Notes: generated from the letters alone by a model not told the origin. Shown: positions 12,983 to 27,177, numbered from the stretch's first letter. The stretch is DNA of 64,000 bases from Octopus sinensis (GCF_006345805.1 NC_043000.1:14880001-14944000); one strand, 5' to 3'. Program-made: numbers and translations.

Positions 12983-14161
12983 ACATATCTGTGGAGTGCC
13001 CAGCCACTTGCACGTTAATCTCACGGGCAGGCTGTTCCGTCGATCGGATCAACTGGAACGTTCGTCATCATGACCGACGAAGCGCAGTGCCCCAGCTACG
13101 TTAAAAGTACGAGTGTATGTAGAATATTCACTTACTATGCGATAACTAGATCAATAAGTAGTTGTTCTATTGATCGAACTACTGGAAGTGTTACCGTCGA
13201 AACCGACGGAGGAGAGGAATCGTGATGGCGATCTTTTGACGGTGGAAGTAGCGTTAGTATTAATGATAGAGATGGTGGCGGAGGCTGATGGTGATAGTGA
13301 TGGTAGCAGTGGTAGAGGTGCTAGTGGTTGTGATGGGTATGATGGTGGTAGCGACAATGATGACGGCGGTGGTGACAGTGATGGTGGTGCTGGTGCTGGT
13401 GCTGGTGCTGGTGCTGGTGGTGCTGGTGCTAGTTTGGTGGTGGTGGTGGTGGTTTGGTGATGGTAGTACTGCTGCTGCTGCTGGTGGTGTTGGCGGGAGT
13501 GACCTTAGTAACGGTTGTTGTTGTTGTTGTGGTGGTGGTGGTGGTCTGGTGGTGGTGGTGGTGGCGGTGGTGGTGGCGGTGGTAGTGGTGGTGATGGTAA
13601 TATTGGAGGCGTTGGTTCTGATTGTCAACACTACTGTTATCATAGATCATTGATGCTTCCCCCCCTCTTATTGTATGGTTGTGTGTGTGTGTGCATGTGT
13701 GTACGTTCGTGTGTTTGTGTTTGTGTGTGTGTGTGTATTGTTAGTGCTGTTGCTGTTGTTGTTGCTGTTGCTGTTATTGATACTCTTCTTCTTGTTGTTA
13801 ATGTTTATATTATCACGCTGGCATTGCTTCTAAAAGCACCATTCTTCCAAATGTCTCCCTTTCAATTCCTAACACTTGAATTACTCTCTCTCTCTCTCTC
13901 TCCTTCTCTCCCTCCCCCTCTCTCTCTCTTTCTCTCTCTCATCCCTTTGCTTGTTTCTTATGTAGATGTCGCTGTTGATGTTCTTATTTTCATCCTTTTA
14001 TTTATTCATTTATTTTGCTTTCCTTTCTTTCATTTCCTTTCCTGCAGTCTCGTTTTTACCCCCTTCTTCTCTTCTTCTTCTTCTTCTTCTTCTTCTCTTC
14101 TTCTTCTTCTCTTTCTCTCTCTCTCTTTCTCTTTTTCTCTCTCTTTCTCTCTCTTTCTCTC

Positions 14162-14192
<31 letters not shown>

Positions 14193-15342
14193 CTCTCTTT
14201 CTCTCTCTCCCTCTCTCGCTCCCTCTCTATTCCTCTCTCTCTTTCTTTCTCTCTCTCTCTCGGGTCCAGTAAAAGAAGCTCACCATTCTCTGAATATTAT
14301 ATCCAGTTTTCCGTTCCGAAAACCCAACAATCATGCGTGCGTGCGTGCGTGCGTGCGTGCGTGTGTGTGTGTGTGCGTGTGTGTGCGTGTGTGTGAGCAC
14401 GTGTGTGCGTGTGTGTGAGCACGCGTGTGCGATTTCTGTTAAAGTAGCACACGACAACGACGATGATGATGATGACGACGATAACGATAATGATGAAAAT
14501 GACCAGGGGGAGAAGAAAGGGAGATGGATGGTGGGGAGAAACGTTATCGTCGTCGGCCATCCCTCGTCAAATTCAATAATAGTAGTTGCAGAGAGAGTAG
14601 ATGTGTTGATAAAAACAGTCTTTGAAGTGATACGCAGATGGTGATAATGGTGCTTGTGGTCATGACGTTATCGGTAAGTGTCTTATTGACGATAGTGATG
14701 GTGATGATGGCGGTTGTTATAACAATAGAGATTATGATGGTGTATGGGATCATCAAAATTCATTTTCTTGTATCTTTTGTCTTTTACATATTTTAGTCAT
14801 TGGACTACGGCCATGCTAGGGCATTGCCTTGAGTGGTTTAGTCGAAAAGGTGGATCCCAGTAATTATTTTTAACGCAGGTGCTTATCTATCAGTCGAAAC
14901 GGCTAAATTATCAGGACGTAAACAAACCAATACCAATTGTTAAGCGGTGTGGGGGAGCATACACAAACAACACAAACACGCGCGCATACACACATATATA
15001 TACATACATGATGGACTTCCACACAGTTTCCGTTTACCAGATTCACTCGCTATTCTTTCTCACATTCTGTATCACGCTGAATCTCCCCGAGAACTACGTT
15101 AAGGGTACACGTGTCTGTGGAGTGCTCAGCCACTTACACGTTAATTTGACGAGCAGGCTGTTCCGTTGATCGGATCAACTGGAACCCTCGTCGTGGTAAC
15201 CAACGTAGTGCCACGACTGTATGTAACCCGATCTGAGGAATAATATGCGTGTTACGATTTCGTATTTTGTTTACAATGATTAAAATTGCTGAGCAACATT
15301 AAAAATGTTCCTTTAAAGAAGTCATATTGACATTGGTGTGAT

Positions 15343-15717
15343 GGGAAGCACTCCGTCGGTCACGACGATGAGGGTTCCTGTTGATCCGAATCAACGGAAC
15401 AGCCTGCTCGTGAAATTAACGTGTAAGTGGCTGAGCACTCCAGACACGTGCACCCTTAACGTAGTTCTCGGGGATATTCAGCGTGACACAGAGAGTGACA
15501 AGGCCGGCCCTTTGAAATACAGGTACAACAGAAACAGGAAGTAAGAGAAAGTTGTGGTGAAAGAGTACAGCAGGGATCACCACCATCCCTGCCGGAGCGT
15601 TGTGGAGCTTTTAGGTGTTTTCGCTCAATAAACACTCACAACGCCTGGTCTGGGAATCGAAACCGCGATCCTATGACCGCGAGTCCGCTGCCCTAACCAC
15701 TGGGCCATTGCGCCTCC
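15343..15717 (-). mobile_element. SINE family B with 34-bp TSD
   Basis: TSD at 15309-15342 and 15718-15751, 2 mismatches. Confidence 0.85.
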
Positions 15718-16037
15718 TCCTTTAAGGAAGTCATATTGACACTGGTGTGATAATCGTGTCAATAACACCGTGTGTCTGTTCGTCGGTTCGTTAGTTTAAT
15801 CTCAGTTGCTTATATTAAACAGAATTAGAATAATCTTAACTCATAAAAATGACTGATGTGCTGAAAGATGGAAAATCATTAGCAAAATAAGTGATGTCTT
15901 CATTCAGCCAAGATTCGGTCTAGATTTTCTGAAGCTTTAAAATTATGTTTTTAAAAATCTACTCAGATACTCCTTTGCTGTGACGTTGTGCCTTTGAGAA
16001 CCATATCGTTCAGGATTAAAAACAAAATTAGTTAAAG

Positions 16038-16421
16038 CTAGCAGTATCACCCGGTGTTGCTCGGGTTTTGTTTTCTTTTCGACCCTTTAGAATTGGAATT
16101 TTTGAAAAGTAAAAATTTTACATTATGTAGCTTGTTATTCTCTTTAAGTGAACATCTTTCTGGTTGAAAAATGGTCGAAAAATGGCGACACAGCAGTCAA
16201 AACATCGTAAAAAATAGGGTTTTTCATAGAAAAAAAGCACCTTTTTTATGTAAACATGGTCCGATTTGAATTTTATCTTCTACGGAAGGCAGAGCAAGCC
16301 TTCTTTTATAATACTCTCAATTTTGGTCAACTTGCGCCACAGGGTCTCGGAGGAGATAGTGTTAGTTGAAGGCTACCAAACCTGCCATACACAGACAACT
16401 TCAGCTTTATATAGAGAGAGA
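16038..16421 (-). mobile_element. Non-autonomous Helitron, second subfamily
   Basis: CTAG end with hairpin; internal sequence shared with 36034-36424. Confidence 0.7.
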
Positions 16422-16898
16422 TTTAACATCACTTAAAAGCGGATGTTGTATTAGAATACAAAATATGACGAATTTATTACAAGAGAAATTCTCATATAGT
16501 TTCGTGATTCATATGAGCACACTTGTTTACACCGCTAGAAGGAGACAATCACCGCCTTCCTCGCTGCCAGGACACCCAGATCGCGTGATTTTGGCCTTAC
16601 TTGGTCTTGTCAATGGTAAATACATGACTCCTGGAAATAGGAGTAACTGTCCAGCTAACGATATACATAGAATCACAGAACCCAATCAGGCACTGGTGTC
16701 GCTAAAAGCCAGCGGGCTTATCAAAAACTAATTAAAGTGACAGAAGTAAAAAGATAAAAACTAAAATTTAAACACCATTTAAAAGTGGATGTTGTGTTAG
16801 AACAGACAATACTGCGAGTTTACCAAGAGAGATACTCTCCAGATTTTGCTCTTGCATTTTTTGCTTAGATTTTTTTTTTTTTGCTGAGCTTCAGATGA

Positions 16899-17108
<210 letters not shown>

Positions 17109-18069
17109 TAAGTAATGAGTTCGAATCTGTTGATGGTGGTATTTCATTGTGTTCCCGGGTATTCTTAGGCTATCACGTGACATTAACTCACAACATTGAA
17201 CCAATGAGTGGGCTTAAACGTCGTCGCTCTGATCTGTTATAAATATAAACCAAATTCCCTTTAAACCCCGCTACATTGTCATTATCATCATTATAAGCAG
17301 CCGCAGAAGTAACAGTATCTGGACATTGTTGCCTCGAGCCCAAGGGCGTAAAGGGCCGGCTATTCGGTTTTCATGGCCTTTAAGTGGCAGAGATTACAAC
17401 ATACCTCGTACAGTCCGTCGTACAGTCACTCATTTACAGATGAGTAGACTGAAACAACATTAAATGAAGTGTTTTGCTCGAGAATACGACACACAGCCCG
17501 GTCCGGGAATCGAAACTACGACCTTGTGATCGAGAGTGCAAACACCCTAACCATTAGGCCACGAACTGATCACCAAGTTACACTATTATCATTTGAAAAC
17601 AGAACGGACATATTAAATGGCGTAATTTTTAAATACACTGGTCTTTTTAAAATATGACAGGAGGGTCACGCTTGGAACACCTTTAGTCATTGGCCAGCTC
17701 AATAAACACTGACCTGAAGCTAAATAAAAGCATCAACAAGTTTCCTATTTTGTCACAATTGACCATCATGTTATGGAAATGAATACCATATCAATATGAA
17801 TGTGTTCCACCTCAGACTAGTCGTATCAGTCTACTTACCTTGCCGTTGTGCATGTACGTATGTACGTATGTGAAGGCGCGTGGCTTAATGGTTAGGGCAG
17901 TCGGCTCACGATCGTAAGATCGGGAGTTCGATTCCCGGCAGCGCGCTGTGTCCTTCAGAAAGACAATTTATTCCTCGTTGCTCCAGTCCACTCAGCTGGC
18001 AAAAATGAGTAGTGTCTGTATTTCAAAAAGCCAGCCTTGTTACATTTTGTGTCACACTAAATCTCCCTG

Positions 18070-18466
18070 TATGTACGTGTGTATGTATGTATGTATGTAT
18101 GTATGTATGTATGTATGTATGTATGTATGTATGTATGTACGTGTGTATGTATGTATGTATGTATGTACGTGTGTATGTATGTATGTATGTATGTATGTAC
18201 GTGTGTATGTATGTATGTACGTATGTACGTGTGCATGTATGTATGTATGTATGTATGTATGTATGTATGTATGTACATTAAGGGTACGCGTGTGTGTGGA
18301 GTACTCGACCACTTTTCACGTTAATTTTACGAGCAGGCTGTTCCATCGACCGAATCAACTGTAACCCTCGTCATTCTAACCGATGGAGTGCCAGTTAGCG
18401 TATGTGCGTATGTATGTACGTGTGTATGAATGTATGTATGTATTATGTATGTACGTATGTATGTAC

Positions 18467-18497
<31 letters not shown>

Positions 18498-19390
18498 CGT
18501 GTGTATGTATGTGTGTACGTATGTATGTACGTATGTACGTGTGTATGTATGTGTGTACGTATGTATGTACGTATGTACGTGTGTATGTATGTATGTATGT
18601 ATGTACGTATGTACGTGTGTATGTATGTATGTGCGTATGTATGTATGTATGTACGTATGTACGTGTGTATGTATGTATGTATGTATGTATGTACGTATGT
18701 ACATATGTATGTATGTATGTACGTATGTACGTGTGTATGTATGTGTGTATGTATGTATGTACGTATGTACGTGTGTATGTATGTATGTATGTATGTACGT
18801 GTGTATGTATGTATGTATGTATGTACGTGTGTATGAACGTATGTACGAGTGTATGTATGTATGTACGTATGTACGTGTATATGTATGTATGTATGTATGT
18901 ACGTATGTATGTATGTATGTATGTATGCATGCATGCATGTATGTATGTATGTATGTATGTATGTATGTATATATGTACGTGTGTATGTATGTACATATGT
19001 GCGTATGTACATGTGTATGTATGTATGTACGTATGTACGTGTATATGTATGTATGTATGTATGTATGTATGCATGCATGCATGCATGTATGTATGTATGT
19101 ATGTATGTATGTATGCATGCATGCATGTATGTATGTATGTATGTATGTATGCATGCATGCATGTATGTATGTATGTATGTATGTATGTATGTATGTATGC
19201 ATGCATGCATGTATGTATGTATGTATGTATGTACGTGTGTATGTATGTACGTACGTATGTACGTATGTATGTATGTATGTATGTATGTATGTATGTATGT
19301 TTGTATGTATGTATGTATGTACGTATGTATGTACGTATGTATGTACGTGTGTATGTATGTATGCATGTATATGTACGTGCGTGTGTATAC
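18070..19390. repeat. (TATG)n/(TACG)n complex microsatellite, interrupted by a SINE tail at 18278-18395
   Basis: Seen directly; source of the long MYVC/HTYI pseudo-ORFs. Confidence 0.95.
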
Positions 19391-19690
19391 GTATGATCTC
19401 TTCCATTTTTTTTTATTATTTGCAGTCTTTCTGTAAATGAGATACTAAAAGCTCTGTCATTCTAAAAAAAAATGCAAAATATCCGTTGTCGGAATGTTGA
19501 TAAAAAGACAATGTCACATTTTGAATTTGAGAAATGTCTTCGTTATTTTTACAGATCTGCTTATAAATTGTATTTGTAATGTGCGTGTTCTGAAAACCCT
19601 TAGCTTTTCCAAATTGTCAAGCACTTACAAAACCAAATGTGAAGTTATAATCTAGGTATAGAAACTGAAGGTTTTGAAGTACTTGTCTGT

Positions 19691-20090
19691 AGGCGCAGGA
19701 GTGACCGTGTGGTAAGTAGCTTGCTAACCAACTACATGGTTCCGGGTTCAGTCCCACTGCGTGGCATCTTGAGCAAGTGTCTTCTGCTATAGCCCCGGGC
19801 CGACCAATGCCTTGTGAGTGGATTTGGTAGACGGAAACTGAAAGAAGCCTGTCGTATATATGTATATATATATATGTGTGTGTGTGTGTTTGTGTGTCTG
19901 TGTTTGTCCCCCTAGCATCGCTTGACAACCGATGCTGGTGTGTTTACGTCCCCGTCACTTAGCGGTTCGGCAAGAGAGACCAACAGAATAAGTACTGGGC
20001 TTACAAAGAATAAGTCCCGGGGTCGATTTGCTCGACTAAAGGCGGTGTTCCAGCATGGCCGCAGTCAAATGACTGAAACAAGTAAAAGAG
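19691..20090 (+). mobile_element. SINE family A
   Basis: Full-length copy in the last PRDM14 intron. Confidence 0.8.
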
Positions 20091-20301
20091 TTATCCTTAT
20101 TTTGCCTTAACTTCTGAAGAGATGTTCATATCAGCAAGGGAGCAGCTCTGTATGATGGTATATACTTTTTGTTGTCAGTGCCCAATAACAATGTCCAGCC
20201 TGTTATACTTTTTACTTTTACTTGTTTCACTCATTTGACTGTGGCCATGCTGGAGCACCGCCTTTAGTCGAGTAAATCGACCCCACACACGCTCACAGAT
20301 G

Positions 20302-20520
20302 CGAGGGGTGCTGAATAGTTCATGACCTTGAGTAAAATAAAAAATACAGGAGAGTCAGTTAATTATGATTTTATTCAATATATTTCCTCTCGGATTCACA
20401 CACTCATTGCAGCAATCCTTCATGTTTTTCTAAGGCCTGTAAAAGAACTCGTAAGGTTGAGCCTCCAACCAGGCCTTTTGCGATACTCTTAAAAGCAGGG
20501 AACTTTCCAGCATCCCCTCG
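20302..20520 (-). mobile_element. Mariner-derived MITE
   Basis: TIRs cgaggggtgctg..gttc / gaact..cagcatcccctcg|ta; homologous to 40036-40253. Confidence 0.65.
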
Positions 20521-20604
20521 TATATCCCATATGTTTATATCTCACGTGTTTTTATTTGGATTTCTATTTGTAACGGTTTCTTGTATTCTCATTTCTACTT
20601 CTAG

Positions 20605-20766
20605 TGTAAACACTGCGGGAAAGCTTTCGCGTCACATGCAGCACACGACAGTCACGTGCGAAGGACTCATGCCAAGGAGAAAATGTGCATGTGCACTACA
20701 TGTGGAAAGACGTTTTCTCAACCATACGAACTAAAATTCCACATGAATGTCCATACTCAAGACTGA
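20605..20766 (+). CDS. PRDM14: PRDM14-like terminal coding exon (CKHCGKAFASHAAHDSHVRRTHAKEKMCMCTTCGKTFSQPYELKFHMNVHTQD*)
   Basis: Pyrimidine tract plus ttctag acceptor ending at 20604. It continues in frame from the previous exon. It encodes two C2H2 fingers including the PRDM14-diagnostic FASHAAHDSHVRR motif. TGA stop at 20764-20766. Not present in the ORF track. Confidence 0.9.
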   Translation, partial: CKHCGKAFASHAAHDSHVRRTHAKEKMCMCTTCGKTFSQPYELKFHMNVHTQD

Positions 20767-20931
20767 AGTTGAACAGGTAACAGCAGCACTAGTAGAAAAC
20801 AGTAACAACAGCAGTAATAGGAATAGTAACAGCAACAGTAACAACAACAGCAGCACTCATTGGACAAACGTTAAACAACTACAGCAGCAATACACAACAA
20901 CAACAACAACATCAACAACAGCACCAGAAAC

Positions 20932-21350
20932 TTATTTCTTTCCTGCCCACAAGGGGCTACACACAGAGGGAACAAACAAAGACAGACAAACGGATTAAGT
21001 GGATTATATCTACCCCAGTGCGTAACTGGTACTTAATTTATCGATCCCGAAAGGATGAAAGGTAAAGTCGACCTCGGCGGAATTTGAGCTCAGAATGTAT
21101 AGCGGCAAACGAAATACCTATTTCTTTACTACCCACAAGGGGCTAAACACAGAGAGGACAAACAAGGACAGACAAACGGATTAAGTCGATTATATCGACC
21201 CCAGTGCGTAACTGGTACTTATTTAATCGACCCCGAAAGGATGAAAAGCAAAGTCGACCTCGGTGGAATTAGAACTCAGAACGTAGAGGCACACGAAATA
21301 CCGCTAAGCATTTCGCCCTGCGCACTAACGTTTCTGCCTGCTCGCCGTCT
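20932..21350 (-). mobile_element. SINE family C dimer, downstream of the PRDM14 stop
   Basis: Two units of about 184 bp. Confidence 0.75.
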
Positions 21351-21479
21351 CAGCAACAATAACAGTGGCAACAATAATAAGAACAACATCAATGGAAAAC
21401 AGACTTGATAGAAAACTAGAATAAGACCCAAGTTTCATATTTCCTATCTTATATACAATATACCATAACTTCTGCTTGT

Positions 21480-21890
21480 CACTCCTCTACAAATCTTAAT
21501 TTTCATATTCCATGCTTAATTAACTATACTTTCACTTTCACATCCCACCTTCATTCAGTGTATCTTAATTTCTACATTCCATCCTAATATAACATACCCT
21601 AACTTCTGCATTCCACATTTATACAACACAGCATCCACAAATCACCCCCATGTACAACATACTTTATTTTCCACACTGTTCTTATACATGATATATCTTA
21701 ACTTCCACATTCCATCTTCATACAACATAGTTTAACTTCCACATTCCATCTTCATACAACATAGTTTAACTTCCACACTCCACCCTTATACAAGATCTCT
21801 TAACTTCTACATTCCACCCTCACACACAAAATATCTTAACTTCCACGCTGTACACTCAATATCGTAACATTATACTTAACTTCCACAAAA
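21480..21890. repeat. Degenerate minisatellite of about 35 bp
   Basis: Recurring ttaacttccacattccatcttcatacaac. Confidence 0.65.
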
Positions 21891-22174
21891 TACCTTTTGC
21901 GCTAACATTTACACTTACACATACAGACACAACTTACTCTAACAACTACATACAACTTTCATGCGAACAAGGTACGATAAGTTTCACACTGCATCGTCAT
22001 CATAGAACATACAATAACTTTGGCATGAGACGTTTTGGCACAGCCATTTTGGCGCTGCCCATTTTGGCGATGATTCGACGCTGACTTATTTGACATCAGA
22101 CGTTTAAAGAATGCATTCCTTTTCTCATTCTCTACCACCGTCCCTCTCTCTCTCTCTCACTCTCTCTCTCTCTC

Positions 22175-22241
<67 letters not shown>

Positions 22242-23134
22242 ATGTGTGAAAGTATATTTCTCTCTGCGTGCATGGAGAGAAAGTGTTTATGTCAATCGTG
22301 CTCAATTAATGAATTGTAATATTTATCTATCCCTCTCTCTTTCTACTTCGCTCTCACTCTTTCAGTCTGTATGTATATATTTTTGCGCACGCGCGTCTGT
22401 GTGTGTGTGTGTGCACGTCCACATGCGCGAGTGTATGTTTGTATGCATGGGTGTGTGTGTATTTTTTTTGCCTCCAGTGCCAAAAAGTACTGTCGCCAAA
22501 GCAGGCTGACTGTCAAATCGGTCTCGCCAAATTGTCAGCGTCCAATCAACTGCGCCCAGTTGTTTCATTCCGAACCATCTTCTTCATTGCACAATCATAC
22601 AATCTAACCCAACTTCAAAATCACACTCTCATACAAGTTCCGACTCCCACACCGTTTCGTGGTGGTACATATCGTCCAATTACATAACAACACTCCATAA
22701 CAAGATTCTCAGATTGCTGCACTACATTCTCAGATATTATTTTTAAAATTACTAGAATGCATTTCATTCCCAAACTGCACTTTTTTCCAATCATTACACA
22801 TTGCATTTTCAAACAATCAAACAGCGAATTATGGAGTGATCCCAGAGAATTCCTATTGTTACATACATAGCAACTGGAGACCTACGTGTATTGTATATCA
22901 GCTGTACTGAATTCAATCGGTAACCTCCGTAAGATTCCATCGGTTACTTCCGTGATATAAGTATGTTCCACTATAGCTATACGGCGTTACATAACGACAT
23001 CAGCGGCAAGAATATCTGTTGTGAGGTTGTTTGTACGAAGTTCAACAGCAGCCACAATGACAAGATACACAAACACATACGTGCGTGCGTCCGTGCGCGC
23101 GAATTTGTATATATATATATATATATACATATAT

Positions 23135-23454
23135 ATCGTGACGCATATTTGCCATTTGAATATGGCTAACCCCTAAGGGTGGATGCTACTGTAGTTTGTA
23201 GCCCCAGGAAGATATTTCCTCCAGCTGGCTATAGACACACTATCTGTGCCCTATCAGTATTTGTGAAGGAAAGTCATCCTTCCCGTCTTCAAGACGGGAA
23301 GGATGACTTCCCTTGACTTCCCTTCACAAATACTGATAGGCACAGATAGTGTGTCTATAGCCAGCTGGAGGAGATATCTTCCTGGGGCTACAAACTACAG
23401 TAGCATCTACCCTTAGGGGTTAGCCATATTCAAATGGCAAATATGCGTCACGAT
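23135..23454. repeat. 320-bp near-perfect palindrome (foldback element)
   Basis: Arms 23135-23288 and 23292-23454 with a 3-nt loop; a 10-nt duplication in the right arm. Confidence 0.9.
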
Positions 23455-25424
23455 GTGTTACCGCTACTGTTTATAACTCGCTCTGAGATTTATCATTATA
23501 TATATATATATGTAACTGCTATAAATGCTGCTAAATACACACACACATGCACAAACATACACACACAACACACACACTCACACACACACACACATTCACG
23601 CACGCACATATACACAGGGCCATCAATCCTACACACTTCACTTGATACATATCTCTGAACTTAAAACAGTGGCGGTAAGATACCGTAAAGTTAAAAGTAA
23701 TGTTCGTCACCACAGTTTCGGATTCACAGATTGAACGGTGACACAAAACTCGCTTCTTGTGCAGCAGATTTGTCACGCTTAATAACATTTTTCTCACATT
23801 CTTTAGATTGTGATGCAAGCGAAAGCAAAGACAGTCTTCAGCAACGCGACAGAACCTCGTCGTTTTATTTTGTTCTGTTCTGTTTTTCACGTTTCCCTTT
23901 TCACTATACTTATTTACTACAATCTCCCCACACACTACGATTCTATGTGAAAATGCCTGTACTTCTTGTCACTTATTCTAAACGTGAGACTTTCTTCAAA
24001 GCATTTCCCCATCGACCACAAATAAATAACTAAAATAAGAGCAGTAATGCCAGTAAAAGAAAAAAAAACTATTATGAAATTCCCTTGAAATTTGATACAA
24101 AACGAGAAAATTTTATGGGGGAAAAAAACCGAAGAGTTGGACTTTGAAATATCTGAATAAACAGTTGAGGCTACATGTATATGAACAAAGAACGAAAACT
24201 AAATATGGCCACATTTTGTTGAAGGTGTCATTGTGTGTGTGTGTGTGTGTGTGTGTGTTCTTGGACATTATAGATTATTCTACATGCCCCGCTCATCATA
24301 TTTGGAGACAGATAACTCAAGGGATTAATTCCTTTTCAAAAAGACAAAATGGACGTCTCATTGAAAGACGCCAATTTGGCTCTAGACACAGATTTGAAAC
24401 CTGCAAGTGACTGATAGCAAAATTATGTTGTGATGAAATTATTTATAGATGGTCACTTTCAAACAGTTTTGTAACCCTCTTCATTTTTAATTACCGTGGC
24501 GATAGAACGTTATGATCTAGGTGCTATATACACAGCAACTGGAGACCATATGAACTGACAATCTATCTACACAAAAGACGTGTTCGTACAGATGTGTTTT
24601 GTTGGGGAGGAAAATGTTTACACAGAAGAGAGAAAGAGAAAAAAAAAAAGGAACAGTTCTGAAGGAGTTATTTCTTGTAGTTCACGATTATAAGTCCAAA
24701 TCCCATTGACAGGGTCGACATCGGCATTCATCAACTAGTTATAATAACGCATGGACCAAGAGTCGTTGGGTGACAGAAATGATAAAGCACCGGTCTAAAC
24801 ACGGTGCGGTAATAAGCTTCGTCTCGTTTCATTTTGAATGACTATCTCACCATCTCATCAGTGTTGAGTTTGTCTTTCTTCCTTCTTGGAGTTAATAAAA
24901 TGAATAAAAACCATAAATTTTAACGAAGTCATTCAGTTCTCTTTCTCTCTCTCTTTTCCCTACACAACTGTGGCCTTGTGCCAATAGTTAGAACTGAATA
25001 TAACGGAGTTAAGTAAAATTGACTATACTCCAAACCAAATACAAAAATATATGAATATATGGCCTTCTGCCTGAAAAAGAAATATTGATTTAATGGGGGG
25101 GGAGTCTTTTTGTTTTATTTTGTTTTTGTTTTTTATTTTATTTTTAACTGAGCCTATGTAATACTGTCATATCACATTGAAATTTTTGTTGTTTTTGTAT
25201 CACTAAACAAATAAAGAATAACATTTACGTTACCATGCGTGATATCTCACGTTATATTTAAAAAGTTCTTACATTATATGAGTTAGTGTTTTGCATTATG
25301 ATAGACGGAACAATCTAGAAATCACTTGCATACAGACACCAAAGCTTATATAACAAAAATAATTTGGCCGTATTTTAGTTCATTTATCTTAAATATCTAA
25401 AGAATTGAAACGTGTGCTATTATT

Positions 25425-26025
25425 TATTTCTTTGTTACCCACAGGGAGCCAAACATAGAGGGGACAAACAAGGACAGACAAAGGGATTAAGTCGACTACA
25501 TCGACCCCAGTGCGTAACTGGTACTTATTTTATCAACCCCGAAAGGATGAAAGGTAAAGTCAACCTCGGCGGAATTTGAATTCAGAACGTAGCGGCAGAC
25601 GAAATACCTATTTCTTTACTACCCACAAGGGGCAAAACACAGAGAGGACAAACAAGGACTGAGAAACAGATTAAGTCGATTATATCGACCCCAGTGCGTA
25701 ACTGGTACTTATCTACTCGACCCCGAAAGGATGAAAGGCAAAATCGACCTCGGCGGAATTAGAACTCAGAACGTAGCGGCAGACGAAATACCTATTGCTT
25801 TACTACCCACAAGGGGCTAAACACAGAGAGGACAAACAAGGACAGACAAACGGATTAAGTCGATTACATCGACGCCAGTGCGTAACTGGTACTTAACTTA
25901 TCGACCCCGAAAGGGTGAAAGGCAAAGTAGACCTCGGCGGAATTTGAACTCAGAACGTAACGGCAGACGAAATACCGCTAAGCATTTCGCCTGATGTGCT
26001 AATGATTCTGCCAGCTCGCCGCCTT
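25425..26025 (-). mobile_element. SINE family C trimer
   Basis: Period 184 (gaaatacc at 25601, 25785, 25969). Confidence 0.8.
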
Positions 26026-26351
26026 AATATATGATTAGGAAATTATCAAAATGTTAAAACATTCAAATAAAGGTTACAATGAAACAGAGAAAGAAGACCA
26101 CTGTAAACTTTATGCTGATATGGAGCAATCGTTAATAAAAGAAAAATATAGACAAGCTATAACGATTTTTAGCGAGTCCTTAATGTAATAACTACTAAAA
26201 CAAAACATTCTTTCATTTTATTCATATCACTGTAAAGTCTACAGCGGTCTTCATTCTCGGTTTCAATATAACATTTATTTTAAAGTTTTAGTGTTTTCAG
26301 AATTTCCTAATGATACATTAATATGTGTGTGTGTGTGTGTGTGGCTATCTT

Positions 26352-26865
26352 CTATTTTTTTTTTATATTATAAATCTTCTACAGAGGAGGGAACCGGTTT
26401 CCAACAAAGATACAAGACTCCATATTTGGGATGTAGTTAACACAGATAATTTCCCATTTGGAACTTGAGAAAAGTCTTGCATATTTTTACTGTTCCACTC
26501 ACAGATTGCACTTGTAATGTACGAATTACCCGGTCGAATTCTCTTTCTGAAAATGCCATTTCATCCAGATTCTTCTTTAAGTATTTACTAACAAAACCTA
26601 GTACTCCAATTATTATTGGTATGAATATGAATTCATAGTCTGGATATAGGAGCTGGTGGTTTCGGTGCAGTTGTCCATAGATATCCTCTTTTTCTTTGAT
26701 TTTCAAAGCGATATTTATATCTGCAGGGCAGCTGACATCTATGATGGTACATACCTTTGCCCCTCTGTCCCAAACAACAATATCCGGCCTGTTATGTTTA
26801 CATTTGACAGAAGTATTGATGGGAATATTCCAGCAGTATTCCTTGAGTTAATGTTTATGAAAGTA
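26352..26865 (-). mobile_element. R4/NeSL-like RLE non-LTR retrotransposon 3' end
   Basis: Open frame 26847-26437 encodes HNRPDIVVWDRGAKVCTIIDVSCPADINIALKIKEKEDIYGQL..FIPIIIGVLG, followed by a short UTR and an A-rich tail. Confidence 0.75.
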
Positions 26866-26875
26866 TGTATGTATG

Positions 26876-26951
<76 letters not shown>

Positions 26952-27092
26952 TTCAGCAAAATTTAGATTCAAATGAATATGGTCTAAGGGATAATACTTA
27001 TCCAATATACTGTTGGTATACTACCCAAATTATTAATACACAAGTGTTTTAAATTGCAATGCAATAAACTCATTTATTGCATTAAATGGGTG

Positions 27093-27146
27093 ACAGACAG
27101 ACAGGCAGGCAGACAGACAGACAGACAGACAGACAGGCAGGCAGGC

Positions 27147-27177
<31 letters not shown>

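Noticed and set aside
16366-16731. 121-aa ORF just upstream of the zinc-finger exon
   Set aside because: It starts inside a Helitron and has no recognisable motif.
22025-22570. ttttggc / gccaaa subterminal repeats suggesting a MITE
   Set aside because: Could not define TIR ends or a TSD.
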